Shown: positions 24,301 to 36,300 of the stretch, piece after piece
Position numbering within the stretch: position 1 is the first letter of the stretch
Layout: each line of letters begins with the position of its first letter
Assembly (NCBI GenBank): GCA_002633005.1
Contig: NMRA01001158.1
Location: 1 to 46,560, forward strand
Source of the DNA: Phoronis australis
Taxonomy: Eukaryota > Animalia > Phoronida
Reading direction: 5' to 3'
Length of the DNA stretch: 46,560 nt
Position numbers and translations under genes: made by a program
Notes under the pieces: generated by a model
What the model saw: the letters and a program-made list of their open reading frames with translations, nothing else
What the model was told of the DNA's origin: nothing
Database searches by the model: none

Positions 24301-27300
24301 GACCCAATTTACGTATTGTTCAATGCGTGGTGTAAAGGTAAGCTTCCTAATGCATTTCCTTCAAGGCTCACAAATTTGATATTTTGGGGTTTATTTTCGT
24401 TATATTCATAATTTCATCTTTGATGAAATTCTGTTAGAGAAACGTTTTATTTTTCACTAAGTGTTGCTTTGACGCCTATTCTCGAGGCATTCAGTATTCG
24501 CTAGTATGCTGTCTACATTTAACTGATGAGTGACAGGTAAGCGTCGTAACCACAGCAACGCTAATCCTTGAGGTGTTACGGTGATGGTAAAATTTTGATT
24601 TACATCAATCAAAACACTATTGTGTGAAACTCTCTTTGATAGACACTTATTATGGGGAACTGTCCAAACTTAAACTGATCTCGGTAGGTCAGTGAGGATT
24701 AAACAAAGCATAGTAGTACTCCTATATGATCAATTTCAAAAGCAGACATCATTTCTAAAAATACACATTTTTCAGCTTTTAAATTCACCGACGTGTGGTA
24801 AATTTTCAAAATGGTCGCCAACGTAAGATGAGGAAGTGTAACTGTCATTCATTTAGTGAAAGATATTTGCTCAAGAGAGTAAAGTAAAAGATCAGATATG
24901 TTTTATGCAAATTTTTGGAAAGCAAAATACATCTCGCACTAAGAAACAATGTATGTATTTTTGAAATTCTCCATGATAGCAAGTTACACAGCATATATCA
25001 ATAAAAACAACAACGGATTTAAAATGGCATGACATGTTTTGGTGTCGTTTACTAAAACACTATCATCATCAGAAGAGAGAACATAGTGGCCACCTTGCTA
25101 GGCTCAAAAAGTGATGAAACACAGACACTGTCAGTTACAGGGAGTGACAATAAACTAGACTAACAATGACAACCTGTGGTGTGCCAGTTGCCTATTGAGA
25201 TTGGGCTTGCACCAACTGATGCCCCATGAATTTTAAGCTCCTTTGTTGTTACTGCCTGGTCTATTATTGCAAAGTCATTGAAAGAGCACTGCTGATAACA
25301 ATGATTGGAGCTCTGTAGGTGAATATTTACATGTGAACCTCTGTCAGAATTTAGATGTTCCCTGGTTCTGGTTTTCAAGTGGCAAACAGTTTCGCCTATA
25401 TAACTGGAGCCACATCCAGCACAGATAAATTTGTACACTACCCTGGACCATAGACCCATAGGAATTTTGTCCTATAGGGTTAAGTAAATTTGACAGTTTT
25501 AGAGACTTGGATGTTAATACAACTCTTAAGTAATCATTCACCAATTTATTGAGTTTTCGTTGAGCAATCTTGGCGTAAAAACCAACAAAGTGTACTTTAA
25601 AGAACTTGTAGTTAGTATTGTCTACTTGTGAGCTAACTTAATGGACAATAAATATATATTTTAAACAAATTTTTAGGGCATTAAAATTTCACTTAGTTTT
25701 GACATCACTGTATTCTGTGGTTCTTAAATGTTTTAGATGATACTGTCTACATGGAAAATGAAGTTGAACGAAATGAGTATGTGATGAACGAATCTGGAGC
25801 CATTTTTACTGGAAGTGCAAAGAAATTTGGTCCTCGTCCGTGGACCTATGGGCAGGTACTTTGTCAAAAAACCTCACGAATAACTTTTATTTGTTTATTC
25901 GTTCATTTTTGGTCAGAGATCAATCAATGATGCTCTTGCATGAATGTGTCAGGTTGTGAAATTGATCTCCTTAAGGAAAGTTGGCTACGAATTGGTGACG
26001 GTGAGGGGGAATAGGCGGGAACGGCAACATTCTTCAGCCCTTGTGCCAAAATCTAGAAAGTCACTGTAACTATGGGTACACTAGCAAGACTTACTGTAAC
26101 ATTCAATACAATGTACAACAAATTCATACATTATCATGTTGATTGTAGGGACATTGTAGCCTGTGTCAATGAAGTTTCATGCTTCGGCAACAAAAGCCAA
26201 ATTGTAAAGGTGACAGTAAAACTTCATATACTGCGCATTTGTCTCATGATATATTGTGGCCAATAACAAATTTTCTGTCTATTACTTAAGCATCAATAAA
26301 GTTGCGTTCTGTCAAAGAAACTGGCTTTTGGTTTTGACCATTGCTAGTATAAAACTGACTTCAACTTGGTTTAATAACTTGTATGAAATGTCATTTCTGG
26401 TCTTCCAAAAAAGACCTAAGCCAACTTATCAACCCTGATCTCGAGACAATGAAGAAATGTCAGTTCATTTCAAACCAGAAATCATTTCTTATTTCACTAA
26501 GTATAAATTTGAGACCAAAATGGTTAATAGCGTTAAAAAGTGGTCTCAATCAAAATCTAGTAGTTTTGCGATAGAAGGCATTTTTATAGTCACTTTAAAG
26601 TGTAAATTTGAACAAGTTTCTTTTTGACTGACTGTTTGAAATGTTAATTATAGGTCCACCTTTCTATTTCAGTTCGAAGATGTATGCTTAGAAGCTGTCA
26701 TATTTTTACTGGAAGAGTCTAATTTGTCCGTTACGCAGTGGGGTAATCCTGTTAGAGTCGTACGTACTCTATCTGCCATGGTATGTCTGCTTGTTTTGGA
26801 GGAGGCTATAACACAGCCTAATTGTCATAATATTGCACTATTCTCTGTGGACTCTACCAGTGTCTATGGACTATAATGTTATGCCATTTATATTCAAACC
26901 ATGTTTCCTGTACTAGAGAGCTCTCTCTCTCTCTCCTTCCGGTCTGAACCATATTTGAATAAACCACATGTATACTGTTCCTAGTTAATCTATGTTTATT
27001 TAAGGTCTACTACAACCATCCATAATATAACACTAATGGGAGATGTTGTCTTAGAGATATATTTGGCTAAACATGACATTCCGGCCTCAATAGTCAGTCT
27101 CTCTTATTGACGGCAGTCAGATGTATCGTCAGCTGCCCGTCTGTGCACAAATTGTCCAAACATATCACGAAAGGTAAAGTTCAGACAATTCATGAGCTTT
27201 AATTCTTCAATTTGAACGTGATGACGCCTAATGCTTCATGCGGCATTTGATTTACTCCACTCTTACATATTCTGGTACAGTACGAGTTCAGAGGGTGCCT

Positions 27301-30300
27301 GAGGTTCTGGACTTCCTTGCTCACGACCACTTTTGTATTGTTGTAGTCCTGATGTATAAGTACGAGGCAGATCTAAATACGAGGCAGCTCTAAATAAGAG
27401 GCACCTCTAAATACGAGTCAGCTCTAAATACGACGTAGCTCTAAATACAATGCAGTTCTAAATACGACGCAGCTCTAAATACGACGCAGCTCTAAATACG
27501 ACGCAGCTCTAAATACGAGGCAACTCTAAATACAAGGCAGCTCTAGCGTCTGTACATTGTGTGACCCTCCATCTTTTACCATCGTAGAGCCCAAATTCTG
27601 TCTCCAAACTCAGACACAACTTAGACTCAGTTTCAAAACGTAACTAATCACAGCGGATAATTTGAGTACAAATGTGTAAGTTTACTTCAAGCATGTCATG
27701 GAATTGGTCAATTTGCCAATTGTGTTTCAAATAGGTCAACAGAGACTATTTCCGAGGCCTTAGTATATGTTTGCAGAGCACAGCTCTAAAACATGTTTGT
27801 ATATTGCTCTGTATGCTGTCTGATCTGAAGGCAGATATGCCCTTTCACCGACAATCTGAAAAAGTCACTATTAACGCTTCTCTGGCGTCAGATATATGGT
27901 CGTGTTGTTCGCTGCCAAATCTGTTGGCTCATATCTGTCTTCTTACCACGAGAGGACAATGTTTCAGTGACGTCAACTTGTCTCCCGATTCTCTTCGCAA
28001 ATGCTGGTTGCACGTGATTGACTAGAATATTAGTGTTTTGGGACATTAATGTTACGCTAGTAAGTATGGTAAGATGACTGCATGAACGGTCTTCTGATTC
28101 TGAAGTCTCTTCTCCTTCTCATAAAAATTACACATGAACATGGTATTGGGAATGAAAAAATGTGACGTGCTGTTTCCAGACCAACAGTATGGATGATGAC
28201 GGCGTTCTGGAGGGACGATGGGATGGAAACTATCCAGCAGGAACCACTAAGCCGTGGAAGTGGACGGGCAGTGTTGATATACTGGTTAAGTTTATGAAGA
28301 CCAAGAAAAGTGTCCAGTATGGTCAGTGCTGGGTCTTCAGTGGTCTGACCACCACACGTGAGTTCTAATGTCAACATTACAGGTTCTGCTCCATTTTATC
28401 GTGCCTAATCTGTTCTTCAAAGGATAATAAACCCTGGTTAACAAATTTCATTCAAAAGTGTTCGTTTCACCTTATCTTACATTATTAGCACCTCAGTTGA
28501 GAGTATTGCCAGGATATGTTGAGAGTATTGCCAGGATATGTTGAGAGTATTGCCAGGATATGTTTTTATAGCCCATAAGTTAGTTTGGGAGCTTTAGTAA
28601 CTTGAGTTGTCTCAGTTTTTACACCACTACTTTTGAGCTACCCTCCTCAGCGGTTGTCACAATTTTGGAGTTCCCTGCTGTTAGCCTCAATCTCTCCCCG
28701 CATGTACCATTCTTATCAGAACACTGTAACTCCAGGGCCTGGACCGCTACATTTTGTGTAGGCCTCGACTCAAAAGTTTGGTGGTCACGGGCTTGGAAAT
28801 TAGTGTTAGGAATGGCCGACTGAAACATCATGCCATTGTAAATAAGTGGTGTAAGTAGATTTTTAGATTTTTTATGCATCACTGCCTCAAAGATTGTAGC
28901 CAGGTGCAAGCAGTCAACTTCTGGGGTGATTTACATAAAGACGTCAATCAAAAGTCAGATGTTCCCACTCTACTGACGTCTACGTACCGATTTAGGAATA
29001 TTTCAAAGTTTTCGAAGACATTTGCCATATTTTATATCAAAACTTTGTATAAAATTAAGCTGGATGATGACACAGACATCCCATGTTGTATAAACGTGTC
29101 CTTCACAGAAATTGTGGCGCCTAAGTATCCAGTACGCATAATCCACCTATAATCCATAATGGACAGTCCGCTTTCAAGTGTCGTTTGTACGTGCTTCTTG
29201 AACCCATCTCTTATGTAAATTATTGTCCCAGTCAATAATCGACTCAGAGACACTTAATAAGTACCTGCTATCAAGTGCTGTGCACAAGGTGTTGTGTTTG
29301 CATGATGAAACAATTTTTAGTCGGGAATTAAAAAATATTGGGAAATGTAAACGGACTTCGTGAATAAATTTAGGTCATGGTGAATAATAATACACACACA
29401 CGCGCACACACACACACGCACGCACACACGCTATATTATGGTTCATGAAGCATCATAGGTAGTTTTTTGATATGCAAAATTTTTGGCAAATTATGTGATA
29501 AGTTTGAACCTGTAGCCTCCTGTTTGTAAATACAGACAGGTTACAATAGTCGGATGACCAGATTGATGCCCGTTATTCAGTGGAGAAAACTGGTTTACTT
29601 TTCAAAATGCGGGCATGTTATATCCGATCATTACCTTCTGGAAGTAGCTGCTTGTTAAAAATCACTAATTTGTTTGTTTCAATTCCCTGGAGGGTCTTCA
29701 TATTATATTTTTATGCGCCCACATATTTATATGTGGACGCATTATGCCGTCATCTCCGTCCGTCCATCCGGAAAGCGTCCGTCCGACGTCCGCTGCTCTA
29801 TCTCCAAAACGTTTGACATGCGTTCATTAAATTTGGCACATAATGTTCCATTCATGAATGGAACTGCATGAGCGAACTTTCGGACGGATCCGACTACTTG
29901 TGTGCTCCCTAGTGGCAATTTTATTTTTTTACGCTTACCTTTGTATCTTCAAAAGTCCTGAACGGATTTTCATGAAATTTGGTATGTTGGCACCTATTAG
30001 TGAGATGACGCTATCCTTCCGTTTTCGGATGGATTCGACTTAGTTTACGCCACCTAGTGGCCATTTTTACTGTTTTCGAGTCTGTTTTTTTGTGTCCACC
30101 CCTCTATCAGCTAAACTGCTCGAAGGATGGTTGTGAAAATTTGCATGTATGTGCTTACTTTTATAGTAAGCACATACATGCAAAGGACAGTTGACGATGA
30201 TTTTCTGACCATTTCGACTACTGTAGCGCCTGTTAGTGGCAGTTTTGTTTTTTTGCGCCTATGGCTATATCTCCTAAACTGTTTGTAGGTTCTTTACGAA

Positions 30301-33300
30301 ATTTAGTAAGTGTGTTTATATGATGTTAACAACAGATGACAATGACTTTTAGACGGTTCCGACTACCGGTGTGCCCCCTAGTGGCAATTTTATTTTTTTT
30401 ACGTTTTTCTTTGTATCTTCAAAAGTCCTTAATGGATTTTCATGAAATTTAATATGTAGGCAACCAGTATGCTTATAGATCAGGCTTCTTTATGGAGACT
30501 GCTCAACATCATCTGGTTGCTAGACTGGAAAGGGCTGTTTTTAATAAACAATTTGCCCTCTGTGCCTTCATTGATCTTGTTGGTGCTTTCAGCGATAGTA
30601 AGCATTATGTGATCCGAGTTACACTAAACCACTTTAAAGTGAATAGGTGTCTTACCAGGTGGATCATTAACATGCTTGGAAGTCAATCTGTGACTGCTTG
30701 TCTAGAGGATGTGAGTGTGACGGTCCGCATCACATGGGGAACACCTCAGGGTGGCGCTGCCTCACCCACCATCTTTAACATGTTTATTGGTGGCCTGCTT
30801 CGACAGTTATCTACTGACATGGATCCAAGCTTGTATGTTCAAGCTTATGCAGATGATGTTGTTCTCAATGTGTCTAGCATCGATCCTGTCACATGTCACT
30901 ATCTTGCTCAAAGAGCACTGAATACAGCAGCCATATGGACTCGGTCAGTTGGCTTAGAAATTAGTGGTAGCAAAACAAAGGTGATTATGTTCACCTGGAA
31001 GCTTAAATGGTTAATGCTGCCTTGAACGCTGAATGGTAAACATCTTGATCTTGTAGAAAAGGGGACTTATCAAGTGTCATTTTATACCATCGTCTTTTCT
31101 GGACCCCGCATATTACAGAAAAAATTTCAAAAGCCAAAACTGCATTGGTGAAATGCAGTCGTGCGGTGGGTAAAACTTGAGGAATGTCTCCCAAGAATAT
31201 GTTCTGGATTTGTACTGCTGTTATCTGACCTATAATGTCCTATGCTGCGTTGGTATGGCCGGTAAAAGCATTAAAACAGATTACCATTATCAACAAACTT
31301 AATCAGCTGCAAAGTCTAGCTTAATATTTGTGCATAACCTCTGCATTTCCAGGGACGCCTTTTGCAGGCCTAGAAATGCTAATTCTTCTCCCACCACTGT
31401 ACATATACCTTAAGGGTGAAGCTGCATGTGCTGCACTTCGTCTCAGATATAATGGTCAGTGGGTGAAAAGTAACATCCCCGACTCCGTTGCACACAGAAG
31501 CCACAGGAATGTTTGCAATAAGCTAATGGCCAAGACTGGGCAACTATGGAACATGCCTAGTGATGTCCAGGTCACAACTTTTAATCATACAAACAATTTT
31601 TTCATGGAAATTGGTGATGGATGGCCTACCACAGAACACAAGAATGAGGTGGTTTGTTGTATGGACGGCTCTAAACTGGAAAATGGCCAAATAGGAGCTG
31701 GAGTCTATTTTCCAAGCCTTCCAGTTGCAGATGCAGAAAGCTGGTTTCCCTAGGCAATTTTGCCACGGTGTTCCTGGGTGAGATCACTGCAATTAATAGA
31801 GCTGCTCAACTGGCACAACAATATAACACTGAGCTTGGCAATCAGCCAATTACCATCTTTTCAGATAACCAGGCATCAATAAAAGTCCTTTGCTAAAGAA
31901 ACCATGAGTCAACTCTTGTTGTGTTAATGCTTGTATTAATGAGCTTAACAAGCTTGCAATTGAAAGAACCGTCAATACACACTGGGTCAGGGCCCATATG
32001 GGAATTGATGGCAATGAGAATGCAGACAGACTCTCAAAGATAGGAGCAAGCTATCCCATTATGTTACGGATGCTGCAGGATGAGTATACGCAACTGGGTA
32101 CATACCCAGACAGCAGCCCAGTTGGCATCACTTAACTCCTGCAAAGAGACCAAGGAGAATATTCCCAACGGGATCAAACCAAGAGGTTCAAAAATCCTTC
32201 TTAGTCTAAATAGATTGGGCATAAGACACGTCCTTCAAATTTTGACGGGCCACTGTAACCTAGCCCGACACAGACACATTACCCGGCATATGGGGAGCCC
32301 AGTGTGTCCCGAGTGTGGTACTGACGTAGAATCCCCTAAACACCTGTCAGAGTCTTGCCCAGCTTTTTATAGGCTAAGGAGCAACCTACTGGATGGCATT
32401 GTTACATGCCTACAACATATAGTGCATGACAATAAATGGAAGCGTCTGTCCATTTTCTTAAAGGAGACTGGCAAACTAGAAAACTTCTTTCACGAAGAAC
32501 CATAATGGGGCTCTTGTGCTTTAGCTTTGGTGTTTTATGCAATGATACCAACCATGAGGCCTGACATCAGGCCACCTGTACTGTTGTTTTTTTTTCTGGC
32601 TATTGGCTTACAAAGTAAATGCCCAGCATTTGGTTTGTTATAGTGTTGCGCACTGTTGGCATTCCTACGCGGAGTGTGACCAATTTTGAGTCGGCCCATG
32701 ACAGTGACGAGACAATTACTATCGACAAGTACTGGAACGCTGATGATACGCCTAACACAGAGGAGAGCGACGATTCCGTGTGGTAAGCCTGCATTGCCAG
32801 TTAATTCCGTGTGGTAAGTCTGCATTGTCAGTTAATTCTGTGTGGTAAGCCTGCATTGTCAGTTAATTCCATGTGGTAAGCCTGTGTTGCCAGTTAATTC
32901 TGTGTGGTAAGTCTGCATTGCCAGTTAATTCCGTGTGGTAAGCCTGCATTGTCAGTTAATTCCGTGTGGTAAGCCTGCGTCGTCAGTTAATTCCGTGTGG
33001 TAAGCCTGCATTGCCCGTTAATTCCGTGTGATAAGCCTGCGTTGTCAGTTAAATCCGTGTGGTAAACCTGCATTGTCAGTTAATTCCCGTTCATCACGCT
33101 ATTTCTTCAAGTAAGAAAACCTCCTCACAAGTATGGTATTTTATATCACAATATTAGCCTTGAATGGCCAATACAACTGTATAATAACCCATCTAGTGAC
33201 ATAACATTTTGGCAGGAACCGACGACCGAGGTCGGTTTCAAACCTGGTCCTCGAGAGTTTTACGTCGTCGACTTTACCCTACACCACTCAGCGGCTGACG

Positions 33301-36300
33301 TCATCGAACGTGAAAATAGAATACTTAAATGAGCACGCGCAACAATTGCATGTTCAACAATGGACATTGTACCGACATTTATACGCTATGAAAAATAAGA
33401 CACATAATTTCCATAAAAACGATAGTTTAATTCAGTGAAATTTTTCTCTCGTGTTCTCACTTGTAAATCACCGATCTCCAATTTGAATGCGGATATCGTG
33501 TCGTCAGAATCCTTTGGCTTGAGCACTATACTCAGTTTTCAGTGGTAACCTACTTTAGCAGATGATATTTTCCCATTCGAAGCGTGGCGTGATAAAATGT
33601 GTAGTAAGCTATAATAGTTGCTAAACCTTAATTTATAGATTCACTGTATTCCTATTTTGTTTAAATTTTCAATTGATTTTGAATAAAAGAATTTATTTGA
33701 CAAAAATAGCTCGGCTTTTCTTAAAAGGTCACGACCTTTGAACCTGGGCCTCTGACATAGAAAATAGTTACAAAGCCGAGGCGAGTGGAAACAGGTAGAT
33801 CGATTCATTGCAATGTGTCTTGTTCAGTATGTGGTATAAATAGATTATTACATGTTCTTAGTCGTTATCCCCCTTATCTAGAGCCCTCGTGGATTTTGAA
33901 GAATTATCGCCCTCGGGGCTGACGCCCCTCTGGCGATAATTCTTCAAAATCCACTCGGGTTCTTGAATACATGGGATAACAACTTCGCCATGAAATAATC
34001 TATATTTATCCCTGTATCACTATATTTGCTACCTTTTTAATAGAATACCAAACCCGGTTTTGGCCTCTAAATCTTTGTCTTGAAACAAGTTTTCTGCTAT
34101 TATTTTTGTTACGACTTCATTAGGCAAACCTTATGCTAGCAGGATTCGTTGGCAAGTGTATGAGAAAACGAGCACTATTTACCCCCAAAAGTATCCAGGG
34201 AACTGAAGTGAGCCTGTTGTTATTCATGGACTCCTGAATCAACATACCTGTTCAGGATATGGGTTTCCAAGTCAAAACACGAAGGTAAACGACCAACATG
34301 ACTGTTTATAAAATTTAAAAGTAAATAGTTGCCATCTTTGAATTTTTAAATTGATGCATTATTAGAGAAATTAGCAAATAGGTTTTCACAGCATCGATGC
34401 TAAGCCACGAACCTTAATTTGTGAATCGATAAGGATGGGTTAAAGGAGAATGCCACCGGATTTTATTACCGGGTAGTCTTTTTTTACCGTCTTAATCGGT
34501 CTATATCCACATGGCCTCTTACACGGTCGACCTCACCTTGCTCAGGGGTGTCGCGTTAACCTGTGAGGAAGGTGAGAAACGACGTAGTGACGTCAGTGGT
34601 TCGTCTGCAGAGTTAAGGTCCGTATATTGCGGTCCATGGTTCCCGCTTGTCCGAACTATGAAGCTGCGAAGAAAGCGGGTATATCGTTTTTTCGACTTCC
34701 TCGAGAGCCCGAAAGGCTTAGGAAGTGGCTCGCAGTAGTGAAGAATGAAAGGTACGCTGTTAGTACCAATGAGGCCGTGAAACATCTCCGTGTCTGTGGC
34801 CGGCATTTCGTCAAGACTGATTTCTCTGACGAATTCCAGCTTACCAAAGAACTATCCATACGTTCCGTTTTCTGTGCATGTTCACGCCACCTCTCTAGTA
34901 TTTCTTGATCAGTGTATTCCGGTTTGAACTGATAGCCTGTGAAACCTAACGATCCGACCCGTGAAGTCTTCGTCGGATGAGCTCTTGACTAAGTCGAGCT
35001 TGGCGTCGGGCGAGTTGCCATGTATTCTGCGTTCTGTTTCAAAATGAATTATTCTCATCCTAACCATAACAATGCTTATATAAAACTGAATCTGTCTCAT
35101 TAAATTCAATTTGTAATCACTTTGCAGTATTCGTGAGTGCAAATGTTGAGAAGCCAGCAATGAATAAACCACTGCGTTACCGGCTTTTGATGCCGGCAAT
35201 AAAGGTAATTGACCGCGCACCGAGGCCGTGTGAGCGCATGCTGATTCAATGTTTGCTGACAGAAAGCTGTTGTGAAACAATTACTCGATTTTATATGATA
35301 TGGCAACATGTTAGTGGAATCTTTATTTAGAAATACAAATACATTATTCAAATCATTGTTCATGTACAACCTTTGATCTGACGGTCTGTGGAAGGGGAAC
35401 CCGACTTCGCAGCCCCCGACAAGTAAGTGGATTTTCAGTTTCGGGGCTAATTCACGTAAATAATTATGTGCACATTATTTCTTTGGCTCACTGTTATTGT
35501 CTTTTGGTGACTGGAGGTTCAGTTTCCAACTCAAGCTGGTTGTGTTCATGCCAGTCCCGGCGGCCGCGACGGGCCAGCCTGATTGGGTTCGGAGCCACTA
35601 GCCACGATAACGAGTCAGTCCGGCCGCGACGGGCCAGCCTGATTGGGTTCCGAGCCACTGGCCGGGATAACAAGCATTTTATGTGTTTAGAACTCAAAGT
35701 GTCTAAACAACACAGATCTTGTTTCTTCTGTATGTATTTGACAGAAGAATACTACGAATTTATCTCCGAACAGACCCCAAACTCCTGCTACAGACCTTGG
35801 TAAATTGGTCTGCCAAACTTTGCAGGTTACGGCGTGTCCAAATACCAATAAATCCGTAACAGCGAAATAAAACAACACGTTTTTATAAGAACTGTAGTTT
35901 TAAGGGTTTTACATCGAAATTGGTGCTAAACGATGAATTCAAGCGATAAGCTGACACCAGTAATCCGTGTTGTGAACTGCTGAACAGACTGCGTGTGAAA
36001 CCAATGACATCATTGGATAATTTCACACCTCCGTCTGCAGTCAGGTGTCAGATAACGCAACCGAACGTGCTTTTATTGATTAGAACTACTCTATCTAAAT
36101 TGATACAAAATAGGTTGTTTTTGGGTGGCATTCTCCTTTAATCACAGTCTGGCTTAGTCTCACTTTGGCGTTGGGGTAACAAAACCCCAAATGTTAGCAT
36201 GAGGAGTTGTCTCTTGTATTATAAACTTCTGAATTAAGCTGTGTAAGCATTGATCTGATTTAAATTAAATATTATTAATTAAATATTATAAATTAATGCA

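Larger units (their letters stand above)
34444..36137 (+). mobile_element. Kolobok-type DNA transposon deletion derivative, 1694 bp, THAP domain only
   Basis: Perfect 14-bp TIR AGGAGAATGCCACC / GGTGGCATTCTCCT flanked by TTAA on both sides (34440-34443, 36138-36141). A TTAA TSD with purine-purine termini and an N-terminal THAP domain are Kolobok hallmarks; piggyBac would start CCY. Confidence 0.85.

Noticed and set aside
24505-24560. Second hammerhead candidate CTGATGAG...GTCGTAAC
   Set aside because: GAAA is missing, stems I and III cannot be formed convincingly, and no PLE sequence is adjacent on that strand.
32773-33087. CRISPR-like appearance of ~30-bp repeats (also 15701-15889)
   Set aside because: The units are head-to-tail with no unique spacers, there are no cas genes, and the context is a eukaryotic intron.
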